DNA of 64,000 nucleotides, taken from contig OX597820.1 in the NCBI GenBank assembly GCA_951406725.2, forward strand, positions 35,898,001-35,962,000. The letters run 5' to 3'. Shown here one piece after another: positions 1 through 12,430 of the stretch; positions within the stretch are counted from its first letter, which is position 1; each line of letters starts with the position of its first letter. The notes below the pieces were generated by a model, which was not told the origin of the DNA, searched no databases, and saw only the letters and a list, made by a program, of their open reading frames with translations. The stretch comes from Octopus vulgaris (taxonomy: Eukaryota). The position numbers were made by a program, and so were the translations under genes.

Positions 1-259
1 CTGTACCAAACCTCAGTCGTAACCTTTCGCATACAGATACAAACGCACGTGCTGAACGAGCGCATACACTCATGCTCACGCACACACACACACACTCACA
101 CACACATGCACATACACTCTCACATACACACACACAGAGTCACACAAAGAAACTCCTTAGTATATTAATGTACCTAGTATAAACAGATACATAACGAAAT
201 GCGTTCACATATACACACAAACGTATTTCAACACATTACGCATACAAAGACCGAAAGAA

Positions 260-331
<72 letters not shown>

Positions 332-869
332 GCGTGCGTGTGTGTGTGTAGTGCATGAGATAAAAAGGGAGTATCCACATTCCTAATTACTGTAACCACA
401 CCTCATTATATTGTGTCGTTTTTGAATTGGGAAACTCGTCATGTGAAAACACCGAAAGCCTGGTGAACAACAGGGCAAACAGCAATCATCAAGATTCTCT
501 ATTATTTTCTCTTGTCCTATTCACTTGTTCTCTTTTCCTTTCATTCTCTTGTTCTGTTCTGTACGAGAATTTTTAAGTGGATGCTTGGTTTGCTAGAATA
601 GCAGCAAAAATTTTTCTTCTTTCTCTCTCTCTCTCTCAAATCACTTCAAGCCGCAATACTTTACGAATTTTTCCCATTGGCTACACCCTTTTTAAAGAAA
701 TTTTTTCGTGTTTTCGTGAGACATTAACTATCAAATATCAAGTCACGTGTCACCTGTTACGTGTTCTATTGCAATCAGAATTGTCTAATCTCAACTATAC
801 TTCACAGTTAGTTATTCTTCAAATATTGTCCCATTTTGCTTTATTCGTTGCGTGATAAATTATTAACTC

Positions 870-1108
870 ACTGAAGTATCGTAGTACACGAAAGTGTCAC
901 CATACACCTAGAGATTATCAGCGGTACACCTAGAGATTATCCACCACACTGGAACATATCGTAGCACACCAAAAGATTGTCGGAGGCACAGCCGGATATT
1001 ATGAGTGGCACATAATGTGATACAACACACCCAGAGATTATCAGCAGCTCACTAAAGTTTCCCGACTCACTCAGAGATTACCGGCCGCTCACTAAATTAC
1101 CGCTCACA
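870..1108. repeat. Degenerate minisatellite, about 21-22 bp unit (ACACC-AGAGATTATC-like)
   Basis: Recurring 'acacctagagattatc', 'acacccagagattatc' and 'actcagagattac' units. Confidence 0.6.
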
Positions 1109-1182
1109 TAGTTCGGAAGCATTTTCCCGGCCACTATCTAGTAATACGTCCATGACAGCCACAAACACAACCACATATATTC

Positions 1183-1416
1183 AATTCTTTATTGCCCACA
1201 AGGGGCTAAACATAGACGGGACAAACAAGGACAGACAAAGGAACTAAATCGATTACATCGACCCCAGTACGTAACTGGTACTTATTTAATCGACCCCCCA
1301 AAAAATGAAAAGCAAAGTCGACCTCGGCGGAATTTGAACTCAGAACGTAACGGCAGACGAAATACTGCTAAGCATTTCGCCCGGCGTGCTAACGTTTCTG
1401 CCAGCTCACCGCCTTA
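1183..1416 (-). mobile_element. SINE family B (tRNA-like head, Meta-domain-like core), tail type 1
   Basis: Reverse complement reads AAGGCGGTGAGCTGGCAGAAACGTTAGCACGCCGGGCGAAATGC...GAGTTCAAATTCCGCCGAGGTCGACTTTGC...TTTAGCCCCTTGTGGGCAATAAAGAA; more than 15 copies in the window. Confidence 0.9.
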
Positions 1417-1524
1417 TATAGTGTGCACCCTACCATGATACCTTTTTCAAGTCTACCATTTTGTAATGAAAGTTTCCACAGTGAACCTCATCATGGATTT
1501 AGTGAGTCCATATGCGACATCCAA

Positions 1525-1795
1525 GAGGTGCTTGGCTTAGTGGTTAGGGTATTGATCGTAAGATTGCGGTTTCGATTACTGCACCGAGCAACGCGTTGTA
1601 TTCTTGAGCAAAACATTTCATTGTAGGTTACTCCAGTCCACTCAGCTGGTAAAAAGAACTAACCCTGCAACGGACCGGCGTCCGACCAGGGTAGTAGTGG
1701 GGGTGAGTGGATATATGCGCCTCGGAAACTGGGAAACCGGCCGTATGAGATTATATGAATCGGAGAATATGTCATGTACGACATCAAGAGCTTGA
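1525..1795 (+). mobile_element. Degenerate tRNA-headed SINE with CORE/V-like segments
   Basis: Box A-like TGGCTTAGTGG, box B-like GTTTCGATT, 'cttgagcaaaacattt' and 'gcaacggaccggcgtcc'; tail resembles 61525-61620. Confidence 0.65.
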
Positions 1796-2037
1796 CTACT
1801 GCTATTGATGCTTGGTTTTACTTCAATGCACTTTGAATTAGCTGATGGAGCACACTTGGATAGATCTAATCATACAACAGAGAGTCTGTTGTCAGTCCTC
1901 TTTGCCTTTTTAACGATGTGACTTATTGCTGATATGTGTTCAAGGGACCCAGAGTAGCTTGAGGCTCCCTCATTTTGACACTCATATCGGTGTACTTATT
2001 GCCTATAGATATCTTGTTAATATTTTGGCGGTGATGT

Positions 2038-2239
2038 GGGTGGCGAGCTGGTAAAATCGTTACCGCTCGGGGAAAATGCTTAACGGCATTTAGCCCATCC
2101 TAACGTTCTGAATTCAAAATCCGCCAAGGTCGACTTTGCCTTTCATCCTTTCCAGGTCGATAAGTTGATCACTGAAGTCGATGTAGTCTACTTACCCCGT
2201 CCCACGAAATTGCTGGCCTTGTGCCGAAATTTGAAACCA
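2038..2239 (+). mobile_element. SINE family B, tail type 3
   Basis: Family B head and core; flanked by near-duplicate aatattttggc(g/a)gtga (TSD). Confidence 0.85.
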
Positions 2240-2621
2240 ATATTTTGGCAGTGACAGACTAAAAAATTTTGCCCACGACATCTAATAGATCTCTTGAAAC
2301 TAGTCAATCCCTGCTGAGGTTTTTTTTTCTTTGGAGTCAAGACCTCTGTAGTAAGTATCCAAGGCCTTCAAAAGTATCTAAAGCCAGAAGTCCTGATTCT
2401 TCTAAATTTTTCGTAAATGCTTTGCTACCCTCCTATGCAGCAGTGAAGAGGCCTTGTAAGTCTTTCGCATGGTGCCAGATGATCCTGGAAAGAATTCTGT
2501 CAAATTTTTGCCACCACTGCTCTATCATTGATAAAAAAAAAGTGTGTGTATGTATGTATGTATGTATGTATGTATGTATGTATGTATGTATGTATGTATG
2601 TATGTGTGTATGTATGTATGC

Positions 2622-2652
<31 letters not shown>

Positions 2653-2738
2653 TGTATGTATGTATGGGCGTGTTTTTTTTTATTTGTTTGCTTATAGAGG
2701 GAGAGAAGAACATAAATAAATAAACAGGGGTTTATATA

Positions 2739-3115
2739 GGCGCAGGAGTGGCTGTGTGGTAAGTAGCTTACTTACCAACCACATGGTTCCGGGTTCAGTC
2801 CCACTGCGTGACACCTTGGGCAAATGTCTTCTACTATAGTCTCAGGCCGACCAAAGCCTTGTGAGTGGATTTGGTAGACGGAAACTGAAAAAAGCCCATC
2901 GTATATATGTATATATTTATATATTTGTATGTATATGTTTGTGTGTCTGTGTCTGTCTCCCAACATCGCTTGACAACCGATGCTGGTGTGTTTGCGTACC
3001 CGTCATTTAGCGGTTCGGCAAGAGAGATCGATAGAATAAGTCCTGGGGTCGATTTGTTCGACTAAAGGCTGTGCTCCAGCATGGCCGCAGTCAAATGACA
3101 GGGATAGAAAGAAAT
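2739..3115 (+). mobile_element. SINE family A (tRNA-like head, internal microsatellite, LINE-like tail)
   Basis: GGCGCAGGAGTGGCTGTGTGGTAAG...GGGTTCAGTCCC head; tail CCAGCATGGCCGCAGTCAAATGAC; about 14 copies in the window. Confidence 0.9.
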
Positions 3116-3225
3116 AAACGAGCATGGAAACAATGAGCAAACAGAAGCTTGAAGGTGTGTCCAGTCGTAATACAAAGGTGTCAAAGACATAAAGTAGCCA
3201 TGTGCCCATACGACATTGATCAATC

Positions 3226-3262
<37 letters not shown>

Positions 3263-3594
3263 ACATACATCCATACATCCAATCATACAAATATACGATC
3301 ATATAATCATATAATACTATATAGGAAGTACAGATAGGCAGACAGGGCAAAAACAGCAATAAAACATTCTGAGTTGTTTTTTCCTTTATAAATAAAAGAA
3401 TGAAAACTTGCATATTGCTTGCTATTTCCCGTGAAACAACAATGATGTGTTTGTGTGTATGTGTGTGTATTTCTTTGGGAGTTTACTACTTATAAAAGAA
3501 AATCAGTTTAGTATTATGTTTTGTGATTTTTAATAGATTTATGGGTGGGAAGGACAATACAAAGAGTATGTAACAATACACCAATAAATTAATA

Positions 3595-3663
<69 letters not shown>

Positions 3664-3685
3664 CAGCAGCAGCAACAGCAGCAGC

Positions 3686-3756
<71 letters not shown>

Positions 3757-3780
3757 TAGTAGTAGTAGCAGCAGCAGCAG
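3595..3780. repeat. (TAG)n/(CAG)n compound microsatellite
   Basis: Direct reading of the sequence. Confidence 0.95.
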
Positions 3781-4039
3781 CTGGCCAAGACCTTTGTATT
3801 ACGACTGGACACACCTTCAAGCTTCTGTTTGCTCATTGTTTCCATATTAATGGCCAAGACCGAGCATTGTGAGTGTTTATTGAGCAAAAACACCTAAGCT
3901 CCACGTGGCACCGGCGAGGCGGGGGCGGTAAATCCTGCTGTACTCTTTCACCACAACTTTCACTCTTTATTCCTACTTCTGCCACAAAGCAGAGGAACCA
4001 TGGTGTAACCCACTATGGTGTGGTAAACTTTCAGACCCT

Positions 4040-4340
4040 AGTCTAGATTGCGAACCCACTTTACCCAAGGATGGTTCAGCTCTCCACCCGTTAAAAAGCC
4101 ACCCTTTACGGAATGAGGATAACAACGAAAAAACAGAGTACAAGACAAACAATACAAGGAATTACCTTCGAAACACGCATTGAGTCGAACCAGGGGCAGC
4201 TGATGAAGGGGAATATTCCTTGTATTGATTGTCTTGTCCTCTGTTTTTTCGTTTTTAAAAAAAAGTCCGTTTCCGTGTTTGTTTTTATGTTTTCGTTTCT
4301 CGTTGTGTTCTACGTTTATTTGTGGTGTCCTGTACTCATA
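4040..4340 (+). mobile_element. Penelope-like terminal remnant with fold-back and hammerhead-like motifs
   Basis: About 39-bp inverted arms (4124-4162 / 4215-4253) enclosing CGAAAC...GTC...CTGATGA; T-rich tail ending in (TA)n. Confidence 0.5.
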
Positions 4341-4354
4341 TATATATATATATA

Positions 4355-4703
4355 TGACAAAAGCAACCGATAGAATATAATCGAACAAATAGACCCCGGG
4401 ACTTATTCTTTGTAAGCCTAGTACTTGTTCTGTCAATCTTTTTTGCCAAACCGCTAAGTTACGGGGACGTAAACACACCAAAGTCGGTTGTCAAGTGTTG
4501 GTGGACAACAAACACAGACAAATATATACATACATATATATGTATATACCACGGGTTTCTTTCAGTTTCTGGCTATCAAATCCACTCACAAGGCTTTGGT
4601 CGGCCCAAGGCTATAGTAGAAGACACTTGCCAAAGTTCCACGCAGTGGGACTGAACCCGGAACCATGTGGTTGTGAAGCAAGCTTCTTGCTACACAGCCA
4701 CTA
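4355..4703 (-). mobile_element. SINE family A
   Basis: Reverse-complement match to 2739-3115. Confidence 0.88.
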
Positions 4704-4904
4704 TGCATTTTATTTATACTTATCAGTTTATCATTAGAGGTTGCAATAGTGCCTTTTACTTGATTTGTTTTTTGTTTGGGGGGTGGGGCTTTCTTCCTCA
4801 TCTCCTGCATGTATAGGCGCAGACGTAGCTGTAAGATAAGGAACTTGCTTCCCACCCACGACGTTTCCGGATTCGATCCCACAGTATGACACCGAAGCCT
4901 GTCG

Positions 4905-4972
<68 letters not shown>

Positions 4973-4978
4973 TACATA

Positions 4979-5664
4979 CAGGGGTTGGACAAAATAATGG
5001 AAACACCTTAAAATTTCAAACAAATTTGTTATAATATGGGGTAGGACTGCTTTGGTAGTAATTACAGCTTGAATTCTACGAGGTATGGACTCGTACAAAG
5101 TTTGATTTATTTCCAAAGGAATTTTTGTCCATTCTTCAGCTAAAACAGTCTCCACTTCTTGTAGTGATTATGGTAGAGGATATTGGTGGCCAGATAAAAT
5201 GTTGAACTTCACTAGAATGTTCCTCGTGCCATTCAGTAACAACTTTAGCTATGTGAATTGGTGCATTATCATCCCAAAAGATTGCGTTTCCCTCTGGAAA
5301 CAGTTCCACAACCATAGGATGAATTTGATCAGATAAAATGCTTAGTCTTCACTATTAATTCTTCCATGAAGGGAAACCATTAGGCCGTCCTAGTTCCAAG
5401 ATATAGCCCCACCCCATATCATCACAGATCCTCCTCCATGTTTAACAGTTGGAAGAAGGAGGGTATGAGTCAAATGCTTCTTTTGGCTGTCTCCACACAT
5501 ATACTCGGCTGGTGGTCGGAAATAAGGTAAAGGATGACTCGTCCGAGAAAACAACATTCTTCCACCACTGCTCTAGGGACGAATTCTGTAGGTTTTTACT
5601 CCACTTTAAATGCTTTGCAACGTTTGTTTTTGAAAGTAGTGGTTTTCTGATTACAGCCCTCCCA
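4979..5664 (-). mobile_element. Tc1-like DNA transposon remnant (one end)
   Basis: TA followed by CAGGGGTTGGACAAAATAATGGAAACACC TIR; minus-strand peptide FWDDNAPIHIAKVVTEW...WPP and EEWTKIP...LYESIPRRIQAVI, typical of the Tc1 catalytic C-terminus; disrupted. Confidence 0.85.
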
Positions 5665-5984
5665 TGAGCAATGCCATCACGCTTCAGGACCAGTTACTGC
5701 AACAGCCTGGGTTTCAAGGGCCCACAGCTTTTCAATATTCTCCCAAAGAGTCTGAGGAACTTGCACAAAGTAGATGTAGGAGTTTTTAAATCAAAGCTGG
5801 ACCTCTTCATGCCGAGAGTCCCAGATGAACCTACCTCACGGCAAGAGGTGCAAATGAGGGTAGCTATATCAAACTCCATTCTTCACCAAGTGTCACATAT
5901 TAGAGGAGGCTCTTAGTAATGACAGTGTAGCAAAACGGTGGTGCATCAGCATGGCCGCAGCTCTGAGCTGAAACTAGCAAAAAA

Positions 5985-5985
<1 letters not shown>
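5665..5985 (+). mobile_element. 5'-truncated CR1/L2-group LINE 3' end
   Basis: ORF 5671-5916 (NSLGFKGPQLFNILPKSLRN...FKSKLDLF...VPDEP) matches the CR1/L2-type ORF2 C-terminus; 3' tail CAGCATGGCCGCAGCTCTGAGCTGAAAC. Confidence 0.75.
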
Positions 5986-6020
<35 letters not shown>

Positions 6021-6149
6021 ATATATTTGCATATATACATATATATATATACATACATTCACACACACATACATACATACATTCACTCACAAACGCAATA
6101 AGTCAAAGACAATGAGCGTGAGACAGGCAAGCCTATAGGCAGATAGAAT

Positions 6150-6236
<87 letters not shown>

Positions 6237-6369
6237 GTATTATAATGATGACACGGCCTGATATAACCCGATATATTAATTATCTCTTTTAATCTTCATT
6301 AGATTATAACTTAATGAATAAGACTTAATGAATAAAACGGGGACCTTAATTTAATCCTCGTCTTAACTC

Positions 6370-7350
6370 TAGTGGTGATGATGGCAATGGAATTGGTGGT
6401 GGTGGTGGTGTGTGTGTGTCTATGTGTGCGCTTTAAGTGGGGCTCAAATTTTAATGATATTTTAGAGTTTCAAGTTTTGGAGATCTGACTTCCGATCTAA
6501 ACAGTTGTCACGTGGCAGATAGTTATGTTTACGGTATTGTGGTCAGTGGTCGTTTTGCTATTGTGTGATGGTTGCAATAATGGTTGCTATAATTAGTAAG
6601 TAGTCTCGACGTTGGTAGTACTTAGTGGTAGGGACCGTAGTGGTGGTGGTGGTGGTGGTGGTGTTAGTGACGGAGCTGCTGCTGCTGCTGCAGCCGCTAC
6701 TGGAGGCTGTGGCGGTGGTAGTTGTAGTGATGATGGTGGTAACGAAGGCAGTAGTGGAGGTGGTGTTGGTGCTGATTGTGTTAGTGGTGGTGGTGGTGGA
6801 GCTAGTGATGATGATGATGGTGACGGTGGTGGTGGTGTAATTGATAGTGGTGATGATTTTGATAGTGATAGCGGCGGTTGATTTGGTTGTTGTGGGGGTT
6901 ATTGTGGGGTAATGGTGGTGGTGGTGGTGGTGGTGGTGGTGGTGGTGGGGGTCGTCGTCGTCGTCGTGGTGATGGTCGTGGCGGCAGTGATAGTAGTGAT
7001 GGTGGTGGTGGTGGTCACGGTAGTTGTTATGGTTATGATGGTGGCGCTTGACTCGGTTGTGGTGGGGTGATGGTGATGATGGTGGTGGTGGCAGTGGTGG
7101 TGGAGTTGTTGGTTGGATTGGTGACGATGGCGGTAATGATGGCGGTGGTGCTGGTGGTGGTATGATGACGGCGAGAAATGTTAGTAGTTTGGTGATGGTA
7201 ATGATGATGATGGTGATGATGATAATGGTAATGATGATCATGATCATGATCATCATCATCATCATCATCATCATAATCATGATTCAAGGCTGGTGATGAT
7301 GGTGGCAGTAGTGATGGTTGTGACGATAGCAGAGCTGATGGTGGTGATTC

Positions 7351-7402
<52 letters not shown>

Positions 7403-7895
7403 GGTTGTGGTGGTATAGGTGTGTCTGCTCCGCCTCGCTCAAACACCAATACACCCCGCACATTATTACACTTTAACCAGACATGTTGCTGAAATAGCTG
7501 GTCGGGTGGGGATGGAAGTTGCAGGAGTGGGGTGGGTTGATTTTTTTTTTTAGACTAGACGAATGTGAGTCATGTGCAGTGGTGGTGGTGGTGGTGGTGG
7601 TGTTGCTACTGCTGCTGCTGCTGCTGCTGCTGCTGGTGATGGTGTTGATGGTTTTGGAGGTGATGATGCTGATAGTGCTGATGGTGCTGATGGTGCTGGT
7701 GCTGGTACTGGGGGTAGTTTTGGTGATGGTGGTGCTGCTGGTGGTGGTAATGGTGGTCCTGTTGGTGGTGGTGCTGCTGATGCTGATGATGCTGATGCTG
7801 ATGATGCTGATGCTGATGATGCTGATGGTGATGGTGCTGGTGCTGGTGCTGATGCTGATGATGGTGATGGTGATGGTGACGCTGGTGCTGGTAAT
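6370..7895. repeat. Large G-rich compound trinucleotide tract (GGT/GAT/GCT/TAG)
   Basis: Direct reading; produces spurious homopolymer ORFs in all frames. Confidence 0.9.
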
Positions 7896-8379
7896 GGCCA
7901 CGGTAAGAGAGGAAAAGAAAGAAACCGAGGAAAAACTGGGTTCTGAGAAGGAGAGTAAAGAGCTATTCTGTTGTTGTACTTGTTGTAGTTGTTGTTATAG
8001 TTGTTCCTGCTGCTTTTATTGTTGTTATATCTTAACAAATGGAGACGGAGCTACTCGCGTAGCATCTTCCCCACCCCCCACTCCTTTTCCAGGATCTCCA
8101 AGACAGATAAAAAGTGCTGAAAGAACAGTAATAAGTCATTGGCTTATTAATGTAGGAAACCACATATCAAAGATATTGGGTTCGTCTTCGATCATAAACC
8201 TGTTCTGAAGGATTGAAATAGAGAGGACCCTAATTAAAACTAAAAGAAAAATTACCCAAGGATCCAGTGATAGTGTTAGTAAACTGGACCAGAACGGACT
8301 CCGAAAATAAAATGAACTGAAGGTTATGGCTTGAACGTCAGTAATCAAAAGCCTCCACGATCAGAACTAACTTAGTGTT

Positions 8380-8622
8380 ATATAACTGCTCCCAGTTGAG
8401 GCACAAGTCCAGCAGTTTTGAAGGGAAGGTGGTTAGTCGACAACATTGGCCACTTCCGCCCCTCCCACCTACATGACTGGTACTTTAGGTTTTTTTCGAC
8501 CCCGAATGGATGAAAGGCAAAGTTGATCTTTGTAAGGTTCGAACTCAGAATGTAAAAAGCAGTGACTAAATACCGCAAATATTTTGTTCGACGCTCTGCT
8601 GATTCTGTCTGTCCACCGACTT
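8380..8622 (-). mobile_element. Degenerate SINE family B
   Basis: cgaccccgaatggatgaaaggcaaagt core. Confidence 0.75.
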
Positions 8623-8624
8623 CG

Positions 8625-8908
8625 TAATCGTTGTCGTCAGCTTTTATCTCGTATCTGAGAATGTTGCTTCTTCTTTATAGTGATAGCGTTGATGACTCTG
8701 TAGACCAATTCTTGCACAGAAGAGTCGACAGCATTGACTGTATGGCAATGTTGGTGAAGGACGAGCTTTTCTCTCCTGTCGTTTGATTTCTTCCTTTTTC
8801 TTCTGGTGACTTCGAAACTTTTGGTTCGATGGTGATGGAATACCGCCCCTGGTACGGTCTCGGGCTTGTATTTCAAACGATTTAGGCCCAATTCCACGGA
8901 CTTGGCCA
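8625..8908 (-). mobile_element. RTE (BovB-like) LINE 3' end remnant
   Basis: Minus frame reads GIGPKSFEIQARDRTR...KEEIKRQERKARPSPTLPYSQCCRLFCARIGLQSHQRYH, the RTE C-terminal zinc-finger-like motif. Confidence 0.75.
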
Positions 8909-8918
8909 AAAACTAAAT

Positions 8919-9100
8919 AACCTTTCTATTATAGGCACAAGGCCTGAAATTTGGGGGTGGGGGTAGTCGATTACACCGACTTTAGTACTCAACAGGTACT
9001 TAGTTTATCGACCCCGAAAGGATGAAAGGTAAAGTTGACATCGGCGGAATTTGAACTCAGAACATAGCGACGGACGAAATACCGATAAGCATTTCGTCCA
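8919..9100 (-). mobile_element. SINE family B, tail type 2
   Basis: Family B core plus cctttctattataggcacaaggcctgaaattt tail. Confidence 0.85.
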
Positions 9101-9370
9101 AGGACTAAATAACGGCAATAACAATAAGTATTTTTATCGAGATGGGATTTTTGTATGCAACCCGGCGGAACTGGCTCTCAACGCTCTATTTTCACGGTGA
9201 ATGTATCGGCCACCTCGGGCACACAAAAGACCATTCTTGGAGGAGTTATGTCAGGAGTCGGCGGAATACCGTGAGAAGGACACACAACTATTAATTTGCT
9301 AATTAGCGCTATTATTAATATGGTAGTATGGTGGTGAGTAGGCAGAGTCGTTAACACGCCAGTCAAAATA

Positions 9371-9934
9371 TTGGGTTGTCCGGAAAGTTCGTGCCGATTA
9401 TTAAAGAAAAGAAAAAGGTCAATAAATACTTGCTATTACATTTTTAATCAACCAAATATGAACCATTTTGTTGCACAATGCGTCTCCATCTTTCCTTTAA
9501 CTTTCCTTTCTCTTCCCAGAATTGAGCTGGTTTTAAGGCAAAGAATTCATCAAGATATCTTTTTACGTCATCCAAGGAATTGAAAATTTTACCATTAAGG
9601 CTATTCTGCAGAGCCCTGAATAAGTGGAAATCCGAAGGAACAACATCTGGTGAATATGGAGTGTGGGGTAACACATCCCAGCCGAGCTGCAGCAATTTTT
9701 GTCTGGTTCCCAAAGCATCAAGTGCCGAATATTGAACTTTCTTACCTTCCATTTTAAAGGGTTACAGTATAAATATAGGTTATAGGAACATAAACCTTCT
9801 TCCACGAAAAAATAGCTTAAACTGTGCTCTAAATGGAGGTGTAGTCAAATCCTATTTTATGGACTCAACCATATTCAAAAATAAGTTGAAAGGTAAGCTA
9901 CTATAAATCGGCACGAACTTACCGGACAACCCAA
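9371..9934 (-). mobile_element. Internally deleted mariner (DD34D) element
   Basis: TIRs TTGGGTTGTCCGGAAAGTTCGTGCCGATT / AATCGGCACGAACTTACCGGACAACCCAA; TA duplication at 9369-9370 and 9935-9936; peptide LGWDVLPHTPYSPDVVPSDFHLFRALQNSL...RWRRIVQQNGSY. Confidence 0.93.
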
Positions 9935-10477
9935 TATTTAGCGGCATTTTGTCCCTCTGTAAATCTTTTTCAAATCATACGAACTCATACAAATACATAC
10001 GCTCTCTGACACTATTCCACAGCTCGCCCGCGCTCGCATCTCTCTCTCTCACTCTGTCTCCCCCCCACCACCACCACCTCTCCCTCTTTCTCCTCTCTCA
10101 CTCTTTCTTTCTCTATCTATCAATCTTCTCATGTTTTGTTCTATGTCATTTAGCTTCTGTTCAGAACTATCGAACACTACTAAGCATACTCTGATTCCTT
10201 CAAAAAGTGTTCGAACCCACAGTGTGTTTAAGGTAATAATGAATTTGAGAATATTACGTTCAGACAATCTGCAGAAAACATACAGAATATGTGAATATCT
10301 TAATATAAAATACATTTCTAAAACACAGTCGTGTTTTCGCATAAAATGTTTTACAAAAGTTTTATGTACAGTCTTCTCTTTTCTTTCAATTGTTTCAGTC
10401 ATTAAACTGAGACCATACTGCAGCACCGCCTTGAAGTGTTTACAGTCTATCAATCGATCCCAGTACTTGTTTTTATT

Positions 10478-10977
10478 TATACATACATACATATATACAT
10501 ACACACATACATACATACATACATACATACATACATACATACATACATGCATGCATACATACATACATACATACATACATACATACATACATACATACAT
10601 ACATACACACATACATACATACATACATACATACATACATACATACATACATACACACATACATACATACATACACACATACATACATACATACATACAT
10701 ACATACACACACACACATACATACATACATACATACATACATACATACATACATACATACATACATACACACATACACACATACATACATACATACACAC
10801 ATACATACATACATACATACATACATACATACATACATACATACATACATACATACATACATACACACACACATACATACATACATGCATACATACATAC
10901 ATACATACATACATACATACATACATACATACATACATACATACATACATACATACATACATACATACATACATACA
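10478..10977. repeat. About 500 bp (TACA)n microsatellite
   Basis: Direct reading of the sequence. Confidence 0.97.
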
Positions 10978-10979
10978 CC

Positions 10980-11225
10980 TCTGAACTACTCTGCATTATA
11001 ATCGGAAATGTAAGATCGTCTCTAATCTGATGAGGGAAGCTGAATTTAATCCAATTTTGATTGCTTCCAAGATGGCCGCATATTGTGATAAACTATATCT
11101 ACCAACATTATGATGGATTTCCGATCCTCCAGAAACAGCTGTTGGACACCTTTCTTCCTACCCTTTAATTTTTCTCTGTCGTTTGTATTCTTTGTAAATT
11201 GGATCTATTAATATAAATATCTATG
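10980..11225 (+). mobile_element. Penelope-like terminal repeat remnant with hammerhead-like core
   Basis: CTGATGA at 11027 and GAAACAGCTGTT at 11132 (palindromic stem III), followed by a T-rich tail. Confidence 0.5.
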
Positions 11226-11384
11226 TATTTACAGTTAAATATTCATCGTCTGAAAGTCTCCCCTTTTTGCTTTCTCTCATTTTGAATATATACACATATA
11301 CATATTTTATATTTCATACCCAGGCTAATATATCTGATATATTTAATCTGTTTATCCACATAATTGCCTACATACATACATACA

Positions 11385-11481
<97 letters not shown>

Positions 11482-11610
11482 GCATACAATCATGTACATG
11501 TGTGTTAGTGGGGGGCTGTTGTGTATGTTTCAGTTAATTAATCCCTCTAGTAATCAATCTATAAGTCTGCCTATATCGAGCCATCAATTATCTGTCTCTT
11601 GATACACACT

Positions 11611-11665
<55 letters not shown>

Positions 11666-11679
11666 CATATATATATACA

Positions 11680-11795
<116 letters not shown>

Positions 11796-12369
11796 CTTAA
11801 ACATACTGTGTATATATATATATATATATATTTATATATGTTTTCAATACACATATCAATTCTGGTATCTATATCTGACAATCTACGTTTATATTTATCT
11901 CTGGGCTTATCCGTCTATTGGCATGTATATGTTTTCGTTCACGCGCACACGCACACACATACGTCCACATACACACACACACACACATATACACATACAG
12001 ACAGGCATGTATACATACATTCATATATACAGTGTGTGTGTGTGTGTTTGAACATACACACCCAACGAACAACGCATCAATCTTTTGCGCCATTTCATCA
12101 GTCACCCTCAACACTCCTCGCAGACTTCCTGACACAGTTCTTTTTCTTCTTCTTCAGTTTCTCCTCCTTTTTTCTTCTTTGAAACAATAAGAATATTATA
12201 CTTTGGGAAAACTAAACTGCGAAGATTGATGCCAGCAGTAAGTTGAACCAATTCCAGCCTTGATGCGAATTGGCGGATTTATGTTCATTTTGAGTAGTGT
12301 GCCTGTGAGTGCATTTTGTGTATGTGTCTGCTTGAGAGTGTATATGTGATAAGTGCGTGTTTGTATGTA

Positions 12370-12430
<61 letters not shown>

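Noticed and set aside
870-1108. CRISPR-like repeat array (also the GGACAAAAGCCCC units at 36097-37066)
   Set aside because: The context is eukaryotic, the units are degenerate and adjacent without unique 30-40 bp spacers, and there are no cas genes
6558-8208. His/Thr/Gly/Ala-rich ORFs as host proteins
   Set aside because: Overlapping ORFs in nearly all frames arise from triplet repeats; no frame is favoured
9444-9752. SETMAR-like domesticated gene
   Set aside because: The fragment lies between TIRs with a TA duplication; there is no SET domain and the element is internally deleted
10049-11030. Long ORFs of MYVC/HTYI repeats (also at 15016-15584, 18412-19134 and many others)
   Set aside because: These are translations of (TACA)n, (TA)n and (CA)n microsatellites that lack stop codons; there is no domain content
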